From Lama guanicoe (lineage: Eukaryota): a stretch of 64,000 bases of DNA. Where the stretch lies: positions 868,001 through 932,000 of the forward strand of contig MU055549.1 in assembly GCA_013239625.1 (NCBI GenBank), given 5' to 3'. A model generated the notes under the pieces. That model had not been told where the DNA came from and searched no databases. It was given only the letters and a program-made list of their open reading frames with translations. Positions within the stretch are counted from its first letter, which is position 1. The number at the start of each line of letters is the position of its first letter. The position numbers and the translations under genes are program-made. Positions 47,923 to 59,459 of this stretch are shown here, one piece after another.

Positions 47923-48164
47923 CAGGATGGACCCAGGATCAGGGCAGGATGGACCCAGGATCAGGGCAGGATGGACCCAGAATCAGCCCAGGATGGACCC
48001 AGGATCAGCGCAGAATGGACCCAGAATCAGCCCAGGATGGACCCAGGATCAGCACAGAATGGACCCAGGATCAGGGCAGAATGGACCCAGAATCAGCCCA
48101 AGATGGACCCAGGATCAGTGCAGAATGGACCCAGGCTCAGCCAAGGATGGACCTGGGCTCAAGC
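47923..48164. repeat. 22-bp minisatellite, 11 copies, consensus CAGRATGGACCCAGRATCAGNN
   Basis: Units start at 47923, 47945, 47967, 47989, 48011, 48033, 48055, 48077, 48099, 48121 and 48143; a degenerate copy lies at ~47883. Confidence 0.95.
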
Positions 48165-50054
48165 CTGACAGTTTTCAAAAGAGGAAACTGGGTCACAGTG
48201 ACTGCATCCCATTGTGGACTCAGACACCAGGGTTGTTGGATGGACTAGTCACAGACTGTAACATTCAGTGGTAGCGCATCCTACCTGTGTCAAAATTGCT
48301 TAAAGAGGCCTTTTCCGCCTTTCCTGGAATCAATGGAAATGTCCCCAGAATCAGTAAGTCTGGGCACAAATCAGAACCCCCAGCCACAAGCTCCATGCAC
48401 ACAGCAGTGCACAGCCAAAATCCTCGGGGATGACGGGGACACACAGCGTGGCGTTAGACTAACTTCCTGTCAACAACTGCTGTGTGACCCCCGGAGCTTG
48501 GGGGTGGCCGTGCTGGATGCTGGCCTTGCCCACAGACCTCCTTCTATGTTGTGGCCCCGAGGACACACTGAGCCCTGCCTCAGCTTTGGAGACTCTCCCC
48601 CATCAGCCTCTTTGCATGGGCCACCTGCTTCCTGCCAGGACATGACCCCCAGACTTGGATGGACCACCTGACCAGTTGCAGACAGCCCAGCAGGGGAGGG
48701 CTGGTCTCTGAGGGAGGCGGTCATCCCACACCGGAGCCGTGGGGCAGGATCTGGGGACCTGGACGGCCCCTGCTGTGTCCAGGGGCAGGAGTGCTCTCCC
48801 CTGACAGCCCCCCATCAATCAGTGTCCCCACTGCGGGGCGCATCCCACTGCGGGCCCTGCCTGAGGGAGCCTATCATGGTGCGACTCTAGGAGGGACTGG
48901 CTTGGGGGCCCAGTCCCTGTCCCCATCCCTGGCCGGTGGTGCTGAGCACACGGGGCTCGTGGGTGCCTGTGCCGGAGGCTGGAGCCTGGGGCTCCTCGGG
49001 GCCATGCGGCCTCTCAGGCGGCTGTGGCTAAATTTGGGCTTTGCTGGCTCTTCTGTTTGGTTCAAAGCAGAGGATGTCAGTTTGTTGAGATAATGCTGGC
49101 CCAGCTGAGATGTTCACTTTATGTCTAAAGCTCATCTCAGTGTGAAACCCTTCTCAGAGTTTCTGTGAAGGCAGTGGAGAGCCAGCTGTCCGAGGGCCCC
49201 GGTGAGCTGTGACCCAGTTCCCATCAGAGGGAGCAGGTGCGTGGCCAGGCTCGCTCACTCCGCGCCAGCCCCTTGTCCACTCCTGGGTCTCTGAGCCTCC
49301 GTGGCCCCCCGGGCCCTCCCTGCAGGGACCTGGGAAGCTTGGTCCTGGCCCTGCTCTTGTGCTGGCTTCCCGCCTGGCTGGTTTGGTTCCAGAATTTCCA
49401 GGGCTTTGCTCCTTGAACGGTCACGAGGCATGAGCTCACGCCCCAGGGTGTGCAGCGCGTCTGAGCTCCAGAAGGTGCCCGCCTCCCCGGACACCCTCCC
49501 TGCGAGGCTCCGGGTTGCTGGGTCTCCATGGACCGCTGGACCTGGGATCCTGGCTGGAGCCGAGAGGTGGCACAGCCCTGCCTTCCCAGCCCTGCTGCTC
49601 GCCTGCGCAGCATGGCATTCTGCCCACAAGGAGGCGGCCAGGGAACCGGGGGCCGGCGGGCCCAGCCCTGTCCCCGGGGGCTGGTGGTCCAGGGGGCTGG
49701 AGACAGGAGCACAGGGAGGAATCACAGCAGTGACAAATGCCGAGCCGGCGCGGGTGCCGCATGCCCAGGAGAGGGACGTGACCTGGTTGGGGATCCGAGG
49801 GGCCTTTCTGAAGAAGTGACATTTCGAGGGTGACCTGAACAGTGATGAGTCCACGTTGCCATGGCTAGTCCCCCGCCCGGGGTCTCTGAGACCACAAACC
49901 CCCAGGGGTGGTTCCCTTTGCTCCTCCCTTTGAGAGGAAACCACCACGTATCCACGTTGTCCTGGAGACTCACCACAAGCCTGTCACCTGCCACAGGTGT
50001 TCATCAGATACCTACGAGTTGCCAGGCGTGGGGTGAGGTGGGGGCTCAGGTGCA

Positions 50055-50225
50055 CCTGTGTGTGTGCATGTGACTGCGTGTCGACGTGACTGTGTGTGTC
50101 TGCGTCACCATGTGTGCCTGCGCCCTGAATTAAGCAGGTCCACGTCGCTTGGGTGAAGTGTAAACTTTGGCCTTAGCTGAGGGGCAGGCTTAAACATCCA
50201 TGTGTGATGTGTGTGTGTGTGTATC
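50055..50225. repeat. Interrupted (TG)n tracts
   Basis: tgtgtgtgtg runs at ~50057, ~50091 and 50201-50222. Confidence 0.75.
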
Positions 50226-53200
50226 TAATGACTAGGGTCATGGAAACTTCTGGTAGACTAATCTCCAGGTGGCCCTGAACAGTCCCAGGCTTGGGGGCTG
50301 GGCCAGGTGCGCTGTCTGAGGGTGACACTTCTGTCCACCCCGAGGACGGGCTCTAGACTCCCACCTGCCATGCCTTCATTTGGAGACCGCCTCCTAGGTG
50401 GACAGTGAGACACCCCTCTGTCCTGAGGGAGGTGAGACAAGGGTTTGTATACCCAGCAAAACTGACTTTCGAGTATTAAACTCCGCAAGGAAACTGTTGT
50501 CAATGTGCAAGAACTCAGGAACTGCTTTCCCATGAGCCCTTACTGGGCTCCGAACAGTCAGAATACCTGGAACAGCGCTGGCGCTCCAGGAACAGTACTG
50601 GGGATTAAAAACACGGTCACACAGAACTGAGACGGGGAGACAGCAGAGGGCACAGGCCACGTGCACGCGGCACCATTAGGAAACGGGGGACAATAGAGAG
50701 GGCCTGGCAAACGCTTTTAAAGCCCGTCTCAGCCACCACGTGGGTGACTGTGGGGTTCGTGTTGCTGCTGGGGTGCCGCTGCGTGCACAGTTGGGAACAA
50801 AGGCGGTGAGTAATCGTGGAATATTTCAGTTCTATATCATCCCCCGTGCCCTTGAGAGCACGGATTTTCAGTGCGGAGGAAAGGACTTACAGACCAAATA
50901 CGGAAGTAAAACAACAAAAAGAAGCAGAAAACCCAAGCCTGTGGTCCTGAGCTGTCTGCTGAAGAGGTTTAGGAACGGTGGTCAGCCCAGCCGCAAGGAG
51001 GCCGGGATTCTGTGGAGGAGGCCGACTCGGGAAGCGGGCGCGGAAAAGCAAACACCCCCCGGGAGGCCTCGCCGCGTCGGGGCGAGTCCGCCACCCAGGC
51101 GGGGAGCAGCCCTCGAGCAGACTCAGACCCTCCTGAGGGGCTCCCGCCGACCCAGGGCGGGCGATTTGACCTTCAGAAGAGGTAATGGTAGCGATCGACA
51201 CAGCCCACCAAATACATGCGTTTTTAACGTCTATACAAAACCTCATGATTGCGGGTGACGGCGACCAACTCTTACATCAGAGCCGGCAGACAAAGGGCGC
51301 GAACCAAGTGTCTACCCCGCCTTTCCTCCCAGAACTGGACCGTCGGCAGCCCGCGGTAGGTGACAGGACGTGACTCAGACTGAAGGGCGATGACAGAGTC
51401 CAGACGTCACTGCGTCGCAGCCGCCGAGGGTGCATGGATCTGGGAGTGGGCCCTGCAGCAGCTCACGTCAGGACAAGGGTGACCGCAGGCCTGGCGCACC
51501 CTTGAGGGTTGGTCATCCCCCTCCAAGCCTGCTGAAGGGACGGGACTGACAGAGCCCCTGGACACAGCTGTCACTTGTCAGGGGACACAGAGGAGCGAGC
51601 ACAGCCCCGTGGGCCCCTCAGCAAATCACAGGTGAGCCCTGGGGAGACGAAGGCTGGGGGCCTGTGTTGGAAAAGCCTCAGGCAAATCCGCAGGTGGGCA
51701 GGGCCCGGTTGTTCTGTACGCAGCTTGGGGCAAAGCTCCAGGGAAACACATGGAAGCTGACTGTCAACGCCAGGGAGCTGGGGTTGCTGTGAGGCTGGGG
51801 CCCCAGGCTGGGGGCAGGGCATGTGCAGGGGCTGGGGGTGGCTGGCCAAGCTCTGCATTGGCTGGGGTGGTGCTCACCTGATACCAACTCACTAACTACG
51901 TGTTTTCTTGGTGTGGTTTTCTGTATCTGAGGTTTATTTGCCATAAAAATATGTACAGAGTAGATGCCGGGCAGGTGGGTGTCTCCCCCAGTACCCGGGC
52001 TTCTCCTGGTGCAGGCCTGGCCCCCAGACCAAGGCGAGCCTCCCGGGCTGGGAAAGCGCCCGTCCGCACAGAGACACCAGCACCCACTTGCTCGGAGACT
52101 GACATGCGTGTGTGGGAGGCTCGTGATGACTCTGGAGGGAGATCGAGGGCTCAGTCACGGTCAAGAACTTCAAATCTCCCAGCAGAGAAGCGTCACCAAG
52201 CCTGCTCGAGGCCAGCCCAGGCCTCGGAGTGGCTCAGCTGATGGCCCTGAACTGGCGTGGAGTCACGGGCTCTGTGGGCACTGGGGGCCGGGGGTGACCG
52301 GGGGGAGCAGCTGTCACGCTCCAGACAGTCGCACGGTGGGCCATCTGCAGTCTGGACGGACAGCCTGCACCGCCAGAGCGGGGCACCCGGGGGATGAGGG
52401 GGAAAGAGCATGAAACCGGAAGAGGAGTGTGATTCTGAAAACTGAGAAGAGCAACCATGTCTGGAGATGGTATTTGGAGGAAGAAGAAAACCGACCTTCA
52501 CAGGACGTGGGAGGCCCAGCCCTGCGCAACGTGGGGAGGCCTCCAAGACAGTCCACCTGAAGAACGGAGGAGGCGGCCAGGGGTGCCTGCAGAGACGGGG
52601 CGAGATGGGGTCACTGCAGAGATGCAGGGGGCAGGACAGCAACGCGCCACGGCGTCCAGGGCACCAGACTCGCTGGCTGCAACGGGACAGGACCCGCTGC
52701 AGCCACGAAGTCCCTGCCCGTTCCCTCGCGCAGACAGTGGGCAGCGCAGCCAGCGGGTAGCGCTGCCGCGGCAAGGGTCCCAGCCGTCGGCCTCCGGGGG
52801 TGCAAATGCGGCACCGCCACCCATTAGCTGTGCCAGCGCAGCTAGGATAGCGCCCCCGTTTAGCATTCATAATAACGCCCTTTACTATTGATCAAAGCAG
52901 TTGGATTTTGACATATCTGTGTATAAAGAATGGTGGTAATGATTGCAGTGATGGACAGAAGTGTCCAAGTGTCCTTGAAGACATGCTTGTGCCACAGGAA
53001 AAAGGACTCAGTGTGAGCCTTGCGTGCCCCCAGGTGAGGGGTCTGAAGCCACGAGGCTGGTGCAGACTCTACTGCCCAGAGCAGGCGGCCCCAGCCCTGC
53101 CTGTCCCTGAGCTGGCAGATGTGTCTGTGCTGCACATCTTCCCCGGAGTTCAGGTGCGTCTCTGCCTGCGGGGCCGCGTGGCTCAGGGCCGTCCCAGCCA

Positions 53201-56200
53201 CGGCCGACCTTTCTCATGGTTGCGACCCAGGGTGGCAGAAGCACCAAGCAGACACAGTCCCCCTCCTCAGAAGCACAGCATCCTGCTCTTGCCCAAGACT
53301 GTGAATGCAGCCTTCCTGCACCATGAAACCTCTTGTTGAAGCATGAATTTATTTTCACGCCTAGAGAAGGAAAGACCTCAACCATCAGGTCACCTGACAC
53401 CCAGCTCCTCCTTAGCCCATCCTCCACCAGGAGCAACCTGTACCTTGATGCTGACCTGGCGCTAAAAGCCAGCCGAGGGGCTGATCTCGAGGCAGGAGCC
53501 CCAAGACGCCCCCAGGGAAACACGCCCAGATGTGGGCACCGAGCAGGGGCTGAGGACGCCGCAAAGTTGTCTCCTTCCTGGAGACTTTCTGGGACCTCCA
53601 CTCCTGTAGCGTGCGTGTGTCACCTTGACGACCAGAAAAGAACATTCTGCTCAGGGAATTCCGTGCGGTCTACGCGTTGTGTCCACCTCTGGGCAATAAT
53701 ACACATTCGCATGGGAAGCAGCAGGGAGCTCAGGAGTGTGGGCCAGGCCGCGGGGCCACAGGACCCTGTAGTCTTCCTTCTATTTAAGGCATTTACCAAC
53801 ATCTTCTAAGAAGGTGGACTTACTTTTCAAGCAAATCATTTTAATTAAAATATTAAAAACAAACAGAGGCAAGTGGGAGACAGTCCCGTTTAAGGAAGCA
53901 GTGGCCTGACAACCGCCGGGGAGCAGCCTCAGCGCTCTCAGATGGGAGACAGCCAGCCCCACGGTGGGACCGGCAGTGTGGCCGGGGGACCGCAGGAAGA
54001 CCCGCTGGAACAGCAGAGCAAGGACAGCCGGCCCCCTGCGAGGCACCTGCGGCCAGGCCGGGCAGCTGCCCATGGCCAGTGTGGGCGGGGACATGCCTCG
54101 GGGGCACCGGCTGGAGGAGCAGGGAAGGCCTGCGGGGCCGGGTGCAGGGACACAGCAGTGAGCAGCGGCACCCGGGTCTGCGGGGTCACTGCCCCCCACG
54201 CCGGGCTCGGGGGCTGGACATGGGCCGGGGAGCAGGCAGTCTTGCGGGGAGACCTCCCGCTGACGCTTCAAAGTGGACTCAGCCTAATGAGAGGGAGGGT
54301 GACTGGTAGGGGGCCCAGGCCCAGGCCAGGCGGGGGCTGACGGTCAGGGCATCGCTGTGGTGAGACGGTGGGGCGGGTGGGGAGGGTCGCGTGGCAGCAT
54401 GCAGCACCTGTCACTGAGGTCCGAGGGCGGAGCAGTCTGTGTGCTCCCCAGTGAAAAAGCCCTACTGGGCGGCCACCTGCAGGACTTGAGCGCTCTCTCC
54501 CCCAGGCCTTGGGCCAGTGCAACCCCATTGGGGTCTCATGAGGGGGACCTGGAGCCCCCGGCTGGACGAGGAGAGCCTGGCGCCACTTCTGTGGAGGAGG
54601 GCTGGCCACACTCCTAGAAGGCGGCCTGGGACACTGCCGGGGCCCCGGGACCGCCTGGTTCCCCGCCTTTGCTGAGCTGAGCCCAAGGCGCAGGCCTCCC
54701 AGCCAGGGCTGGTGGAGCCAAACCAGGACGCCCGCTGGCCCTGGGGCAGGAGAGCCCAGCGTTCCTGGGACGCCCGGCCTGCCTCACGTGCCTTGTGTTC
54801 CCGCACCCGCACAAGGCTGTGCCCACAGCAGGGGCTCCAGAGGACGATCAAGACGGAGCCCAGGGGAGCCGGGTAAGGACAAGGACCCTGTGCGCCCATC
54901 CTCTGGGGGTCCCTGCAGCACAGCGAAGCCAAAGCCCCCGACTAGCACCCTGTAAGCCCCAGGGAGCCCCCGGCGTGTTGGTGGGGCACCTGGCAGGGCA
55001 CCTGGCGGGGCTGAGGAGTGGAAAGGGGGAGGATCAAGGTGGGGGGAGACGACCACACGGGGTCACTGCGGGAGAGCCGACACGGCAGCTGCAGCAAAGG
55101 TGGACGTAAGGCCTCACTTAGATGGAAGTGAGGGTGACTCAGGTGCCCCCAGCCAGGACTGGTGGAGAAGGCAGAACACGGGGCATCACTCAGCTGACCG
55201 GGCCAGGACCCGGCCAGAGCTGGCACGCCCCTCGTCTCCTGCCAGGGAAGTGAGGCCCCAGGAAGAAAGCTCCCGCAGGGAGCCCGGGAGCCCAGCGGCC
55301 TCACCCTGGGCTCCCACGGTGCCCCCCCACCCCGTGCTGTCCTCTTGCTGGCCTTCCAGGGCAGCTCACCGCCAGGGAAGGGGGGCGAGGGGACCCGAGG
55401 TGGCTCCCCGCAGCCTGTGAAGCAGTCCTCCCTCCCCCAGCCCCTCCTCCATCCCCCCCGACCTGGAGGTTACAAGCTGTTCTCACAGGAGAGCTGCAGC
55501 TCCTGCCCTCCACTCCCGGCGGTCACACCGGCTCGGTCTCACGCCTGTGCCTGGAATGGGCGCCCCCAGGACCCAGCCCTGGAGCAGGGGTGGGGTGGGC
55601 GCCATGGCCTGGGGCGGGGGCCCTGGGACCCACAGGAGCTGCCCAGGGGGCCCTGGACCCTCCAGTGCAGCTGTTCAGGTCCGACTGTGCCCACCTTTGC
55701 CACAGAAGGGACAAGATGGACCAGGCAGCTGCTGTCACTGCCTGGGAGGGGGAACACCCAGCGGAGGTAGGGGGCACTGAGCTGGGCAGGGGGACACAGC
55801 TGGGGGCACACACAGGCCCAGATCTTGGGGGAAATCCAGGACTGCGGCTCCTCCCACACTCAGGGCGGACATGGAGGCCTGGGAACCCCGGGGGTGGAGG
55901 GCAGGTCTCAGAGCCTCCCACAGACAGACCGCAGCCCGTGCCACCCCAGCCCGAACTGCTCGCCCAACCAACACAAAGGGTCCCACTGAGGCAGGGAGGC
56001 CAGACAGGTGCGGGCTCCTGCAGCTCCTGGCTCTCCAGACCCCTCCTCCAGGAAGGCCTCCTGGAGGGACGCTCACTTGTATGTGGATGGGAGGAAAAGC
56101 TCCCCACCTCCAGTGAGGGCGGCCTGGAGGGTCCCGAGGAGCCCAGAGGGCAGTGTGAGGACCGCCTGGACGCTGCTGGCCTGGCTCTGTGTGCTCCCTT

Positions 56201-57499
56201 TAGGAAGAAGCCAGTTCTGACCAGGAGCACGTGTGGGTCGTGCCCTCGTGCCCAAGGGTCCCCCAGCACCACACCCTCAGCAGTAATCTCGTTGTCCTGG
56301 GGCTCCAGGCCGCTGATGCAATTCTCCCTGCCACAGACCTGAGCTCTGTCGAGCTAAATGGCCTGCTTGATTTGATTCTGGGGTCGTCTGCAGGCCTGTC
56401 CAGGCCTGGGTGCCCCTCCCAGGCCCTGGTAACGTATTTAGCCGTTTCTTGAGCAGGGCTTCTCAGCCTTTCCAAGGCCGGCGGCCGGGTTTTCAGGGCA
56501 CAATTCTCAAAGGGGGGAATGTGACCGAGCACCCCTCAGGTCCTGCTGGGGGGACGGCAGCACAGAGCTCGGGGTGAGGCCCCTCCGCCGCCATCCTCTG
56601 TCCTCCGCTGTCGGGTGGAGGCTGCCGCGACGGGGTCTCCTCCGAGGAGCTGGGCCCCAGGCAGCAGGGCTTCAGCGACGGAAGTGGGTGGTTCCAGAGC
56701 TGGGGCCTGAGAAGGGAGGCGGGAGCAGGCGGATGGAGGTACCCAGGTGGCCTGGAGGAGCGACCCTTGGGGGAAAGCCGTGGGGCCCAGGACCCTAGGA
56801 CACCAGGACGGGGGTGGGGGAGCCGCACTGGCACCTGATGAGGGCAGCCTGCTCTCATCAAGCCCCTCACTGAAGCTCCTTCTCCTCTGGGCACCTCCTT
56901 TCCCGGCCCCCTGGACTGTTGGCCTCACTTCACCCTGTGGCTTCCTGAGAGGTGCAGCCGGTCCCCTGTAAGCACAAGGGCCCGCATGCACCTCCTCCCA
57001 TCCCAGCCGGGCCGGGTCCGTGCGGGTCGAGTCCAGCACTGGGCACTGTCCTTAAAATCCAGGAGAGGGCCCTGCGCCCATGGTCACTGACACCCCAACG
57101 GTGTCCAAGCACCACCTGGATGCATGTCCGAAATGCAGTCTCAGGCCCCTCCTGGGCCCCAGCTGAGGATCGCCTTTCAGCAGACCCCAGGGGACCCCTG
57201 TGCCTTCACAGGGCCGGGCGAGGGCTCTGGAACGCGCCCCAGGAACCGGGACCCTGAACACCTGCCCCGCGGCCCCAAGCCCACCCCCAGGGCCTGTGGG
57301 CTGAGAGGCACCCCAGGCCCTCGGCTGTTTGCAGGATATGTGGACACAGAGGGTGGGAAGTCCCCGCAACATGTGAGAATGGTGAACAGCTCAGAGGTGT
57401 GGCCCCAAAGGGATTTCCCCGGGCCCCCAAATATCTCAGGTGTGCCTGCTATGGGCAGCCAGAAGGCCAGACCAGTGCCCCCCGTGACGTGGGTCACCC

Positions 57500-57620
57500 A
57501 TCCTTCCATTCACTCACTCATTCCCTTACACACCAAGTACGGACTGGGTGTCTAGCACGTGCGGGCGCTGCCCTGGGCGAGGGTGCAGCAGGGAGCGGGG
57601 CCGACAGACCTGCCGCAGAA
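57500..57620 (-). mobile_element. L2 3' end fragment
   Basis: catccttccattcactcactcattc...gggtgtctagcacgtgcgggcgctgccctggg. Confidence 0.5.
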
Positions 57621-58169
57621 CTTCCATCCCCAAGGAAGCGGCGGACACAGGAGATGGAAGGAAGTGCTGGCCGCTGGGCAGTGATGTGGCTCTGAGGCTC
57701 CAACCAGGTGGGCAGAGACGCTGGGGAAGTTCGCTGAGAAGGGCCTGGCCTGAAGAAGAGGAGAGAGGCAGCCCCGGCGTCGGGGGGCAGTGCTTGTCTA
57801 GGGGGCAACCTGCAGGGGCAAGTTTTGTGAACCTTCAGCTGAACAGGAAATGCCAAGATGCTCCCCGAACTCACACCCCCAGCCACGCCGTCGAGGCGTT
57901 CTTCCGAAACAGCATTCCGACACCGATCGGGTCACGCTTCCTGAGTGCTGCCAGCGGACAGTTTCCGTGGGACTGAGGGACAGGGCCCTTCCTTTTGTGC
58001 GATCTGTGGCCACTGTGCTTCCCTCTCTGCTTCGTGCCCTTTGCCCATTTTTCCATTGGACTGTTTGTGTTTTCTTATACATACGTAAGTATATATACAT
58101 ATGCAGGTAACATGCCTTGAAAAATACCGAGTAGCCATCACTTGAAACGTATGTACGTTAAAGCATCTT

Positions 58170-58390
58170 CATAGTTAACAGCACCATGTTGTGTGCTTAA
58201 ACGTTGCTGGGAGTGTGGGTCTCAAAGGCCCTCATCACAAAGGGGCGGATCCGCTGTATGTGCGTGACAGGTATCAGTGAAGCTTCCTGCGGCGACAGTT
58301 CTGCAGCTGACATACAGCAAATCGTTGTGTTCCACACCGTGAATGTGTGCCGTGTTATCTGTCAATTCCATCTCAGTAAAACTGGAAGAA
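58170..58390 (+). mobile_element. L1MA-like 3' end nested in the older L1
   Basis: atagttaacagcaccatgttgtg...ttatctgtcaattccatctcagtaaaactggaa. Confidence 0.65.
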
Positions 58391-58789
58391 GCGAGCAAAC
58401 ATCTCCCTCTGGTGAGCGGCTGTATGTCCACGTGGTGCGTTCTGACGAATGGGAGTTGTAAATTCTAATACAGTCACTTTCTGAAACACTTTCTGCTGTG
58501 GTTAACCTTTCCATGTCTTGCTTAAATCCTTCCTTACTACAAGGTCAGAAAAACAATTAAAAAAGATTTTCATCCAAAAGAAGGTTTCCTACTATTTCAC
58601 ACCCTCACATTCCTGGGATAAACGCGACTTGGTTACGAGTGTCACCACTTTTTAAAAACACGGTTTCGTTCGGGTTCAGTTTGCTAATAACTCGTTTAGG
58701 GTTTTACATCCTTACTTAGGAGCGAGATTGGACTAAAACGTATTTTCTGGTACTATTCTTGTCTGGTTTTTATATTTTAAAGATTATTT

Positions 58790-59020
58790 TCTCCTTTTTT
58801 CTTTTTTTAAATTGCAGAACAGTTTACAACGTGTCAGTTTCTGGCGTGCAGCATAATAATTCAGCCGTACACACACATACATGCGTTCACACTCTTTCCC
58901 ACGCAGGTTGCTACAGGATACCGAGTGCAGCTCCCCATGCCTTGTTGTCCATCTGCTTTACCTGCAGTGGTTAGTATCTGTAGATCTTGATCTCTCGGAT
59001 TAGCCCTTCCCACCCATCTT
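58790..59020 (-). mobile_element. Cetartiodactyl-type L1 3' end
   Basis: Poly-T then gtttacaacgtgtcagtttctggcgtgcagcataataattcag...ggttgctacaggataccgagtgcagctcccc; similar to the element at 63801-64000. Confidence 0.65.
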
Positions 59021-59411
59021 CCCCCATCTTGTCTAGTTTTGTTCTAAAAGTTATGCTGGCCTCAGAAAAATTTGGGAAGACATCCCCCTGTGTCTATTCT
59101 CAGGAAGTTTGCATACGACTGGAAAAATCTGTTCCTTGGACGTTTGGTAGAACACATCCATGTAACCCCATCAGGGACTTTTCTTGTAGGAAGATTTTCA
59201 GCTGATGGTTAAATGTCCCAAACGTCATAGAAATACTCGGTTTTGTCTCTCCTCTTGAATCAATTTTTTAAAGTCATAACAATGCTTCTGGGCATTTGTT
59301 CATTTTGAATAAGATTTTAAATTGAGTGGCTCATGGTACTTTCACCTTTTAGAACTTCTGTGTGTGTTAGCTGATTGCCCCTTTCGTTCCTAATCCCTAG
59401 TGTTAATTTGG

Positions 59412-59416
<5 letters not shown>

Positions 59417-59456
<40 letters not shown>
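59417..59456. repeat. (TC)20 microsatellite
   Basis: Perfect tctctc run. Confidence 0.97.

Positions 59457-59459
<3 letters not shown>

Noticed and set aside
47697-48274. Repetitive-protein ORFs or a CRISPR-like array
   Set aside because: Explained by a head-to-tail 22-bp minisatellite with no spacers and no cas genes; the DNA is eukaryotic.
55590-56342. Paired 250-aa and 249-aa sense/antisense ORFs
   Set aside because: Very high GC suppresses stop codons on both strands; no domain or splice support.
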